A DNA stretch of 64,000 nt from a virus. Below, piece after piece: positions 10,047-18,243 of this stretch. The position numbers and the translations under genes are program-made. The notes beneath the pieces are model-generated. The model saw nothing but the letters and a program-made list of their open reading frames with translations, was not told the DNA's origin and did no database searches. The stretch covers positions 102,690-166,689 of IMG/VR virus record IMGVR_UViG_3300025015_000011; one strand, written 5' to 3'. Within the stretch, counting starts at the first letter, position 1. Every line of letters begins with the position of its first letter.

Positions 10047-10237
10047 GTGTGAAACCTAAATATATCCATATACCAGCAGTTATTATTGCAGAGGTTGGCC
10101 GGATGGATAATCGAAAAGAATTAGAAAAAGAACTAGTCAATTGCATGATAGGTGTTGGAATAGTATGTGAAGCTGGGAACATTGGTGTTCATGAAATAAA
10201 AATTTTAAGGAGGTCATATGCTAAAACTAATTGTTGA
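10043..10237 (+). CDS. Hypothetical early protein
   Basis: GGAGG RBS, ATGA overlap. Confidence 0.55.
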   Translation: MSVKPKYIHIPAVIIAEVGRMDNRKELEKELVNCMIGVGIVCEAGNIGVHEIKILRRSYAKTNC

Positions 10238-10449
10238 GCACCCATTTATCATATTGATGGTCTTCTTTGGAGTATGTGTAATAGCAGAAGTTATATTGCA
10301 GATAGCAAGGATTAAATAGGAAAATTAAATGGTCAGTGAAGTCAAACTAACTAAACTCAGGATATATTGTCCAAATCAGAAAAGAGAAGTCAATATCAAA
10401 ATGTAAATGTGGTAAAGCACATATTATAATCCTTTATAGGAGAAAGTAA

Positions 10450-10641
10450 ATGTCTGACATTAAAATTTTAATATTAAATAATGAAGTATCTCTTGACCAT
10501 GTTTGTTGGGATTGTCAAGGGGATGGATATGAAGAAATAACTTCTTCAGATAAAATACCATGTGAAACCTGCTCAGGCAAAGGATATCAATTAACTGCCG
10601 CAGGGCGGTCAATAATAGACCTGGTAAGAAGGCATGGATAA
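10450..10641 (+). CDS. Small zinc-finger protein (anti-TRAP/DnaJ-type CxxCxGxG)
   Basis: CWDCQGDG...CETCSGKGYQLTAAG. Confidence 0.6.
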   Translation: MSDIKILILNNEVSLDHVCWDCQGDGYEEITSSDKIPCETCSGKGYQLTAAGRSIIDLVRRHG

Positions 10642-10900
10642 AATTCAAGAAATTGAAAATGATATTATTTTACCCAATCATATAGATGAACAGGGGAATA
10701 AGTTCTATATAGATAAAATTTCAACTGATTATGCAAAATCAAAACGATTGAGTGATGTATATGGTTTGTTTATCAAGAAACCAAATGGTTATATAAGCCG
10801 CTGCATTGTTGATTATAATGAAATAGTGTTCGAATCTACCAGTCTTGAAGAAATTGGTACTTATATTGATATGATTGCATTATCAAAAAAGTTTGAATAG
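10634..10900 (+). CDS. Hypothetical early protein
   Basis: ORF track; overlapping operon. Confidence 0.55.
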   Translation: MDKIQEIENDIILPNHIDEQGNKFYIDKISTDYAKSKRLSDVYGLFIKKPNGYISRCIVDYNEIVFESTSLEEIGTYIDMIALSKKFE

Positions 10901-11053
10901 GAGAAGAAATGACCATAATCTGCAGTTCTTGCGAGAAAGAAGCGCATGATGTTAACCTTGGGGACTCTTTAGAAGGTTGGTCTATGTACTTAGGCCATGT
11001 TAGGTGCCCTGATTGCACAATCAAATATTTACTTGAACGAGGGTTTACTGTAA

Positions 11054-11719
11054 ATGAGTATGGTCATTGATACTAACTACCAACTATTCCTTAAAGAGAT
11101 AAATAAATATCCAATCCTCTCAGCAAATGAAGAATTTACTGTAGCTAAGAGATATTATGAACATAAGAAAGAGGAAGATGCTTATATCCTTGTTACTTCC
11201 AATCTTCGTTATGTTTTAAGAATAGCTCTTGAATTTAGAGATTATGGATTTAACATTCAAGACCTTTTTCAAGAAGGTTGTATAGGTTTAATGAAAGCTA
11301 TAAAGAAATTCAATCCTTTAAAGGGATTTAAACTCATTACATATGCTACTTGGTGGATTAAAGCTCAGATTCAATCCTTTATTCAGAAAAATAAATCCAT
11401 TGTTAGTAGAAGTGATAAAGCTCTAAGAAGACAGTTATTTTATAAAGGGAATAATGAAGATAAGAGTATTGTAGTAGAATTTGATGATACATTTATGCTT
11501 GAAGCAGATAGTGAAATATCACCTGATACTAAACATATCAATGGATTACTTTTAAATCTCAATGACAAGGAAAGATTCCTTGTCGAGAAAAGGATAATGA
11601 CAGATGAACCAATGACCTATAAAGAAATAGGTGAAAGATTGAATATATCTAAACAGAGAGCAAATCAGATTGAGAAAGAAGCTTTAGAGAAATTAAGGAG
11701 GAAGTACATTGAAGAATGA
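11054..11719 (+). CDS. Sigma70-family sigma factor, RpoH (sigma32)-like
   Basis: Region 1.2 YPILSANEE; region 2 LVTSNLRYV..DLFQEGCIGLMKAIKKFNP.KGFKLITYATWWIKA; RRQLFYK resembles the RpoH box; region 4 TYKEIGERLNISKQRANQIEKEALEKLR. Confidence 0.9.
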   Translation: MSMVIDTNYQLFLKEINKYPILSANEEFTVAKRYYEHKKEEDAYILVTSNLRYVLRIALEFRDYGFNIQDLFQEGCIGLMKAIKKFNPLKGFKLITYATWWIKAQIQSFIQKNKSIVSRSDKALRRQLFYKGNNEDKSIVVEFDDTFMLEADSEISPDTKHINGLLLNLNDKERFLVEKRIMTDEPMTYKEIGERLNISKQRANQIEKEALEKLRRKYIEE

Positions 11720-11936
11720 AAAGAAAATAACAAGAGAAGAGTTTAAAACACTTCTTAAAGAACTGAATCCTGCTCTTGCCACTTATTGGAGTGCTGGACT
11801 TGACCTACCAAGAGCCACATGGGATACTGCTGCATATTGTTTTATACATAAAATTAATCATAAAGGAACAAAAGAAGTAAGAAGACAACTGTTAGAACTA
11901 AATAAAAAGGGATTATTTGATTTTAAAGATGAGTGA
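11709..11936 (+). CDS. Hypothetical protein
   Basis: ORF track. Confidence 0.5.
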   Translation: MKNEKKITREEFKTLLKELNPALATYWSAGLDLPRATWDTAAYCFIHKINHKGTKEVRRQLLELNKKGLFDFKDE

Positions 11937-12273
11937 GAAATCTAATTATCTTACATATCGAGGAAAATGTAAAGAGCTTAGTGAAATAGCGGTAACTAAT
12001 GACCCATCATTGAAACTAATAAGAGGGCATTATTATTGCCCATTATGGAATAGAAATGAACCACATTGGTGGACAGAGAGACCAGATGGTACAATTTTTG
12101 ACCCTTCTAGCCTTCAGTTCCCATCAAATGGTTCAGGTATATACACTCCATTTAATGGAACAGTAGAATGTTCAGAATGCGGAAAGAAAATATTAGAAAA
12201 TGAGGCTCAGTTTGCAGGTAACTATGCTCTGTGTTCTTATGAGTGTTATGGTAGATTAGTCGGTATTATATAA
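11917..12273 (+). CDS. Hypothetical protein with HWW motif and C-terminal Zn finger
   Basis: GKC...RGHY...EPHWW...DP (permuted papain/transglutaminase-like pattern); CSECG...CSYEC. Confidence 0.55.
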   Translation: MILKMSEKSNYLTYRGKCKELSEIAVTNDPSLKLIRGHYYCPLWNRNEPHWWTERPDGTIFDPSSLQFPSNGSGIYTPFNGTVECSECGKKILENEAQFAGNYALCSYECYGRLVGII

Positions 12274-12290
12274 TAAAGGAGAATAATATA

Positions 12291-12422
12291 ATGGAAGAAA
12301 CAGTCACAATTTCGAAGAAGGAATATGAGAAGTTATTAAAGGATAGCAGATTTCTTCAAGCTCTAGAAGCTGCTGGTGTTGATAACTGGGAAGGTTATGA
12401 ATTTGCTTTTGAATCTGATTAG
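12291..12422 (+). CDS. 43-aa conserved phage protein (LEAAGVDNWEGY family)
   Basis: Below ORF-track cutoff; MEETVTISKKEYEKLLKDSRFLQALEAAGVDNWEGYEFAFESD, AAGGAG RBS. Confidence 0.75.
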   Translation: MEETVTISKKEYEKLLKDSRFLQALEAAGVDNWEGYEFAFESD

Positions 12423-14062
12423 ATAGTAATAGATATCCTCATCTCATATCTATTACTACCACAATCATATATCTTTCTAACTCCACATTTCTCAGTTAAT
12501 TCCTTTTCAGACAAACCATCTTGAGCTCTATATTTAAATCTACCTTCCCTGATTGTTCCGCCAGTATAAAAATAGTTAGGTTTGGTACTACCTATAAATT
12601 CAAAGCCATTAGTTGAATATACTAATCCCTCACCAAATCTTAAATCTGCATATGTTAATAAAGATTTAAATCCTTCTTTTTTACTCCACTCTAAAGCATA
12701 TTTAAGTAACTTTGAAAATCCCCCAACTACAGAAGTATTTAATTTGGAACAGAACCTAGCAATCTCTATAACCCTTGATTTACCTTTAGTAAATGGTTTC
12801 CTGAGAGTTAAAGTAGAAACAGTTTCATTCTCATCATTTACAAGAGAAAATGATTTAAGATAATTAGTATGCCCTGATATATGATTTGTATCTGTGAATT
12901 CTTTAACCTTTAGATCTTCTACTACTTTTAATTTTCTGGCAAATAATTTAGTTGGTGTAATACCCATTGAATTAATAATCATAGATTTGATTATTTCAGG
13001 TTTGAATTTCCATTCATCTTCAAATATTTGAATTAATTTTATTCCCCTTTCTTTTGCTAACAAATATTTATTAAGATGATAATTTTCATCATTGAAACTA
13101 TGCCAGTATAGGCCATGATATTCTATGCCTAATTTTAATTCTGGTATGTAAATATCTAATTCAAGTGGAGAAATAATCTTCTTAGTATTACTTAATACTT
13201 CTCCAGTATAAACACTTTGAACAAATTCTAATACTTCTTTCTCAGCTCGTGATATATTTCCACTTTGACATTTAGGGCAGAGATGGTTAGTTGTCCCTAA
13301 CATATTAACGAATTGAGAAATACAAACATTAGTGAGAGTACCATGTTTTAAACATTTTAACGGATACACTTCCAGTAACTGATTTATTCTTCCAAGTTCT
13401 TTTCTTTGTTGTGTTCTCAAATCACAAAATTCTTGCTCTGAAAGTAATAGCCCATATTCATTCTTTTCTTGTAGATATTCAATTATACGAGTATAGTATT
13501 CTTTATCCCCTTTAAGTATCTTATCAGGACATTGTCCAAAATTTTTGATGGTCATATTCCATTTTTTACTTAAAGTGAGAAGACCTTTCTCATGTATCCT
13601 TGCTTTTTCTTCAGGTGTTCTATTCGCATGAATATCTTTGAATTTATTTCTTACTTCAATAGTCTGAGATGTATAATCAACATTATATTTTTCTTTTACT
13701 GTTTTATGATAAGTTTTCTGTGCTTTCTCTCTTGAACCAGGAACTTGACTGGGATTAGTCACTTCATATTTTTCAAGTAAAGTTTTCTCCATACTTTTCA
13801 TTCTTTTAGAAATAATACCAGGGTCATTAGTAGCACATTTTTCACTGCAGTATTTTCTGAATCCATGTACTATATTTTCAAAAGTAGTATCTTTACCACA
13901 TAAACATTTACCTGCGGTAGAATCAATATAAAGTTTATAATAGTCTCCAACTGAATTGATATTTGGATGGACCTTCTTGAGATGTGATTTAAAATTGTAA
14001 ACTTCTTTTTGGCAAATTTGACAAAAAGAATAAGGTCTGCTGTGAGGTGTTTTACTTGACAT
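12419..14062 (-). mobile_element. Hef-like free-standing homing endonuclease
   Basis: N-terminal Zn motifs, KYEVTNPSQ repeats, ELDIYIPELKLGIEYHGLYWHS...LIQIFEDEW nuclease core, ARFCSKLN..VVGGFSKLL...IYDCG C-terminus; immediately downstream of gp23. Confidence 0.82.
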
Positions 14063-14073
14063 TATTAACTCCT

Positions 14074-14170
14074 ATATAAATATTTTTAAGGGAAGACAGC
14101 CTGATTGAACTCCTCAGGTTTCCATTTAATTAGAGGTTAAATGGATTATTCCCTATACAAATATTTATAT
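14074..14170 (-). promoter_or_regulatory. Structured leader of the Hef-like gene, bounded by inverted TATAAATA motifs
   Basis: ATATAAATATTT/AAATATTTATAT and AGGGAA/TTCCCT outer pairing; inner hairpins CCATTTAA/TTAAATGG and CCTGA/TCAGG. Confidence 0.55.
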
Positions 14171-14218
14171 CCACTTCCATTAAAATCTCATTAATTTTCC
14201 ATTAAAATTTTAGATAGT

Positions 14219-14252
14219 GAAACAGCCAAGATTTTTAGGTCTTGGCTGTTTC
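14219..14252 (-). terminator. Hairpin downstream of the major capsid gene
   Basis: AAACAGCCAAGA / TCTTGGCTGTTT 12-bp stem. Confidence 0.7.
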
Positions 14253-14281
14253 TTTATGGCTAATTTACTTTATATTATCTA

Positions 14282-15457
14282 TTAAAATATACCTGTGAAA
14301 TCAACATTTACTTGGCGGAAATAATTAGCTGCGCCGAATAAATTGTCAGTGATAGCATATCTGCTCATTATACCAACGACTGGGTAGAAGCTTTGGACTT
14401 CCATAGTCTTGGAAATTACAACTGGAACATAAGGGCTGTATATAATACCAGCATCAGCAGCTCCAGGCCCTTTGTAACCAACCAAGGCATAATCTGAAGT
14501 TGCAAATGTATCCCTATAAACATCAAACCTACCTTCAATGCTACCAACCTTTGCTATACCAGGAGCTAACTCCATTGGTGAGCTATTGGTAGGTGAAAGC
14601 AAGAAGTTGCCTATGGCATCAAGAGCTGTTACAACATTTGAAGAAGCTATGATGAAGTTACCAGGGCCTCTCCTAGATGTAATAGCTATTTGGTTTGCTT
14701 CCTTTACTAACCTTGTGTAGAGAGTTCTGAACTTCTCCTGCTCCCACTGACCATCGCTGGAATTGACAACATAAGTTGAAAGGTTGCCATTACCAACTGT
14801 GCAAAGGCCCTTCATCTTATTGACAAGTTCCCTGTCGATCTCAGCAGAGATTTCATACTGAAGCATGGTGATAAGCTCAGATTCAATATCAACACCGTGC
14901 ATGTTCTTGAGGTCCTGTGCAGACTCAAGTGACCACCTGCTCTTTAACTTCCTGGTCTTGGCTGTAACTGTGGTTGACTCAATTGACAGACCTGCTTCAA
15001 GAATTTCAGCAGTAGCTGTTGGGTCAACAGAGCTTAAACGCTCACCAGCTGAGGTTGCAACACCACCAGCACCAGAAGCTGGGTTGGCTGTAGCATCACC
15101 AGAATAACCCTGAACAACTGAGTTATAACCGATTTCAGTACCATCAGAAGCACCACTCTTATACTTAAACCTTAAAGCATATGCAAGACCAACAGGGCCA
15201 GTCATAGGCTGAACTGAAACAAGGTTGTTAGCTATAAGATTTGGGAAAATCCTACGAGTTAAAGGCATTACTATTTTCTTGAAATCAGCTACGTCAGTTG
15301 AAAGAGTGGAACCAGCTTCAGTTATATACCTGGCTTCATTCTCTAATAGCATAGCAGTATTCCTTGCAACATTCACATCGGATATCTCAGAGATTTTAAA
15401 CCCCTTCTTATCCCATTTCTCGACCAGTTGATCGAGCTCCGGTTTCCTAAGATTCAT
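14282..15457 (-). CDS. gp23: Major capsid protein
   Basis: RRIFPNLIANNLVSVQPMTGPVGLAYALR, TAKTRKLKSRWSLESAQDLKNMHGVD, DAGIIYSPYVP; probable maturation site YITE47|A. Confidence 0.98.
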   Translation of the reverse strand: MNLRKPELDQLVEKWDKKGFKISEISDVNVARNTAMLLENEARYITEAGSTLSTDVADFKKIVMPLTRRIFPNLIANNLVSVQPMTGPVGLAYALRFKYKSGASDGTEIGYNSVVQGYSGDATANPASGAGGVATSAGERLSSVDPTATAEILEAGLSIESTTVTAKTRKLKSRWSLESAQDLKNMHGVDIESELITMLQYEISAEIDRELVNKMKGLCTVGNGNLSTYVVNSSDGQWEQEKFRTLYTRLVKEANQIAITSRRGPGNFIIASSNVVTALDAIGNFLLSPTNSSPMELAPGIAKVGSIEGRFDVYRDTFATSDYALVGYKGPGAADAGIIYSPYVPVVISKTMEVQSFYPVVGIMSRYAITDNLFGAANYFRQVNVDFTGIF

Positions 15458-15492
15458 TTTATTTCTTTATCCTCCTAATTCTTTATTATAAG

Positions 15493-15500
15493 TATTTATA
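15493..15500 (-). promoter_or_regulatory. Late promoter TATAAATA for gp23
   Basis: Exact motif. Confidence 0.8.
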
Positions 15501-15520
15501 GTTCTTGACTTTTTAAGAAA

Positions 15521-16318
15521 TTAAACTAATCTTGCCCATTCTTTTTCAAGTTCATCAGTTATGTGACCTGAACCAGTTGGGGAATAATCTTCTACAATTT
15601 GCTTCTTCTTTATAGAAACAACCTTATCAGACTTCTTAGGTTCAACTACTTCATCTTCAGTAAGAACAAGTTCCCTGACTGACTTAAATCTCTTCTCGAT
15701 ATCTTCATAAGAAGCACCTTCAAAGATTTTGGTAACTTTCTTCTTCTGGTCAAGTGTTAAGCCATTGCACTTCTCATTTAAGAGATACTTACCAAGAAGC
15801 TGTTCAGTCTTTGCTTCAAGAGCCATTTTCTCTGCTACTGCTTCATCCAGTTTCTTCCTGGAAGAAACAATTTCATTCCTGGCATCCTTGAGGAGACCAA
15901 AACCCTTATCATCTATCTTAAGACCTTTCTCATTGAAAGTCCTCTTGATGGATTCAACTAAGGGCTCATACACTTCTAGTTTGGCTTGGGCTTCAACTAA
16001 GTGCTGAGGAATGGCTTTGTTGATTGCAAAATCAAGATACTTGGATAGTTTGTCAACCATCTTCTCTTCAAACAGTTTAACCTGCTTGGCAACTTCAGTC
16101 TTCTTAGTAGTCCTAAGAGCTTTTATTTCCTCAGCAGCTTCCTTGAGAATACCCTTTAGTTCATCAACCTGAGCTTTAACAGAAGTTACTTCTGAACTTA
16201 CTTCAGAAGTCTTCTCTGTTACTGCTATGTTGAATGACTCAGTAATAGTATTCTTAAGGTCTTCATTTAACACGACTTTATTCTTTTCAAGAAATTTAAT
16301 CATTTTAGAAACAGACAC
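15521..16318 (-). CDS. gp22: Prohead core scaffold protein
   Basis: Coiled-coil with MVDKLSKYLDF, LTLDQKKKV; directly upstream of gp23. Confidence 0.85.
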   Translation of the reverse strand: MSVSKMIKFLEKNKVVLNEDLKNTITESFNIAVTEKTSEVSSEVTSVKAQVDELKGILKEAAEEIKALRTTKKTEVAKQVKLFEEKMVDKLSKYLDFAINKAIPQHLVEAQAKLEVYEPLVESIKRTFNEKGLKIDDKGFGLLKDARNEIVSSRKKLDEAVAEKMALEAKTEQLLGKYLLNEKCNGLTLDQKKKVTKIFEGASYEDIEKRFKSVRELVLTEDEVVEPKKSDKVVSIKKKQIVEDYSPTGSGHITDELEKEWARLV

Positions 16319-16350
16319 TATTTGTTTCCTCCTCTCATTTGTATTATAAG

Positions 16351-16358
16351 TATTTATA
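16351..16358 (-). promoter_or_regulatory. Late promoter TATAAATA for gp22
   Basis: Exact motif. Confidence 0.8.
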
Positions 16359-16376
16359 AAAGTTAACTTTTTAAGA

Positions 16377-16694
16377 TTATGCTTTTTCTATCATTCTTCT
16401 TATTGCTGCCATTGAACCAGGCTGGTTGGTATCTTCCATGAATTTTCTAATCCAAGGAATAAAATATGACTTGAGCTGACCTTCAGCAGGATTTCCCCCA
16501 TATATATCCATTTTTGAAAGTTGTCTTGCTAAATTTATAGCTTCCCAGAGGTGATTTTCTATTTCTTCAATCATTTCTATAGCATCATCAACTGGTCCAT
16601 TCCTGGCTTCATCCAGATTACCAGCTATTGATTCTAGCTCTTCAAAGTCTTCCTTTACCAGAATTCTGCCCAATCTCTTTAAAATGTCACTCAC
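16377..16694 (-). CDS. Small acidic head-cluster protein
   Basis: Between gp21 and gp22; N-term MSDILKRLGRILVKE. Confidence 0.6.
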   Translation of the reverse strand: MSDILKRLGRILVKEDFEELESIAGNLDEARNGPVDDAIEMIEEIENHLWEAINLARQLSKMDIYGGNPAEGQLKSYFIPWIRKFMEDTNQPGSMAAIRRMIEKA

Positions 16695-17005
16695 TTGTTC
16701 ATCCCCTTTCCTAATTTAGTTATTAACTTTCTCAATTGGTATTTATGAGATCTTTCATCTTCTCTAATCTCTTCTAAAACTTTGACAATCTCAGACCAGA
16801 ATTCTTTTGTTATCCTACCATTATTAAACATTTTATCTATTTGTTTAATAGAATCAGTATAAGAATATTCAGCAGTATCTTCTTCAGCCATTAGCTTATT
16901 TAAGACTAGGTCTAATCTACGTAAGCTTCTATCATCTGGATGAGATACCTCTTGCTCAATTGGAGTTTCTTCTAAGAAGTTATTTAGTTCGTTTAAGATA
17001 TCCAT
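16691..17005 (-). CDS. Small acidic head-cluster protein
   Basis: N-term MDILNELNNFLEE. Confidence 0.6.
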   Translation of the reverse strand: MDILNELNNFLEETPIEQEVSHPDDRSLRRLDLVLNKLMAEEDTAEYSYTDSIKQIDKMFNNGRITKEFWSEIVKVLEEIREDERSHKYQLRKLITKLGKGMNK

Positions 17006-17283
17006 TATTTTTTATCCCACCCTAAAATTTTAACCTTAACAGAATATTCATCTCCTGTGGCAATTGAAATAATATCATCACCTAAATCTCTTACTAGTGC
17101 TCTACCTTTCATTGTTTGTATAAGAGCCTTTTTAGCATCTTGTACATCATCACCCTCTTCAATTGGCTCAATATCTACATCAAATTCATCAGGAACTTCC
17201 GATGTTCCTACTCCTGAATCTAATGATGGAAGAGTAGCAAGGTCTTCATTTAGAATTTTATCTATTCTATCTATTAATTTCAC
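17005..17283 (-). CDS. Small acidic head-cluster protein
   Basis: N-term MKLIDRIDKILNE. Confidence 0.6.
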   Translation of the reverse strand: MKLIDRIDKILNEDLATLPSLDSGVGTSEVPDEFDVDIEPIEEGDDVQDAKKALIQTMKGRALVRDLGDDIISIATGDEYSVKVKILGWDKK

Positions 17284-17960
17284 TTACTTTTAATCTCCTT
17301 AATGAATTCTTGTATAGCTTCAATTAAATATAACTGAGCATTATCTTTTGGAATCTTTTTAAATCTCTTCTCTAGACCTTTGACTGGAGCTTCAAAGACT
17401 TCTCCCTTTTCATTCATCAACCATTTTCTGTTCTCATATAAGGCTTCCATAAATGCGCCTGGGGCACTTGGGTCTGCAACTATATCCACAGTTATAAGTT
17501 TAAAGTCTTCTGAAACCTCTCCATCTTCTGCTACATCACCCAAGCCTCTTGAAGAAACTCCAAGTTGATAACCATCTTTGACGAGAGTCTGAGCAACAAG
17601 ACCCATCGGTGTATTAGCTAACTTGGCTTTACCATAAAACACATCACCTTCACATCTAAGTTCTTTTATATAGTGAGATATCCTATCAAGATTGACAGTT
17701 GGTGATTCTGGATGGTTAAGCTCTCCGCCAGCTCTGTTATTCTTTATCTTATCTGAGGTAAAGGACTGAACTTCCCTTTCAATTACATTCTTCTTATAGA
17801 CCCTGCCATTCTTATTTCTTTGTTCTGAAACCATGAATGGTCCTGCGAGATAAATAGATTTAGATTGTGCCCCAGTCCCATCAGATTCCATTATAGTTTC
17901 AGCTTTTAATAGCTTAGGGTCCATTATCTCAGACAGAAGTCTGAGAGGCTTAGATATCAT
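17280..17960 (-). CDS. gp21: Prohead protease
   Basis: NKNGRVY, GELNHP, LGVSSRGLG, VDIVADPSAPGA. Confidence 0.97.
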   Translation of the reverse strand: MISKPLRLLSEIMDPKLLKAETIMESDGTGAQSKSIYLAGPFMVSEQRNKNGRVYKKNVIEREVQSFTSDKIKNNRAGGELNHPESPTVNLDRISHYIKELRCEGDVFYGKAKLANTPMGLVAQTLVKDGYQLGVSSRGLGDVAEDGEVSEDFKLITVDIVADPSAPGAFMEALYENRKWLMNEKGEVFEAPVKGLEKRFKKIPKDNAQLYLIEAIQEFIKEIKSK

Positions 17961-17986
17961 AAATTCTCCTTGATAAACCTTTTAAA

Positions 17987-17994
17987 TATTTATA
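17987..17994 (-). promoter_or_regulatory. Late promoter TATAAATA for gp21
   Basis: Exact motif. Confidence 0.75.
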
Positions 17995-17998
17995 CAAC

Positions 17999-18169
17999 TT
18001 ACTTTTTTAAGGGCTGGGTAGGGAATTTCTCAGCCTTGACAGTTTCGAGCTTCTTTCTGAGCTTACCCTTTACAACCTGTTCTAATACATCATTAGCATC
18101 TGAGAACTTACCTTCAGATATACTACCATATACTTTTGTTAGCAATTCACGTGTTTTAACTTTAGCCAT
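17999..18169 (-). CDS. 56-aa gp67-like prohead core protein
   Basis: Below ORF cutoff; MAKVKTRELLTKVYGSISEGKFSDANDVLEQVVKGKLRKKLETVKAEKFPTQPLKK; AGGAG RBS; upstream of gp21 as in T4. Confidence 0.6.
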   Translation of the reverse strand: MAKVKTRELLTKVYGSISEGKFSDANDVLEQVVKGKLRKKLETVKAEKFPTQPLKK

Positions 18170-18243
18170 TTTGTGATTCTCCTGTTATAGTTTATTAAAA
18201 ATATTTATGTTAGATGTTGACGTTGTTACTGTCCTCACCTTTA

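Noticed and set aside
14090-14153. Hammerhead ribozyme (CUGAGGA and GAAA present on the minus strand)
   Set aside because: The core motifs are adjacent, without the required intervening stems
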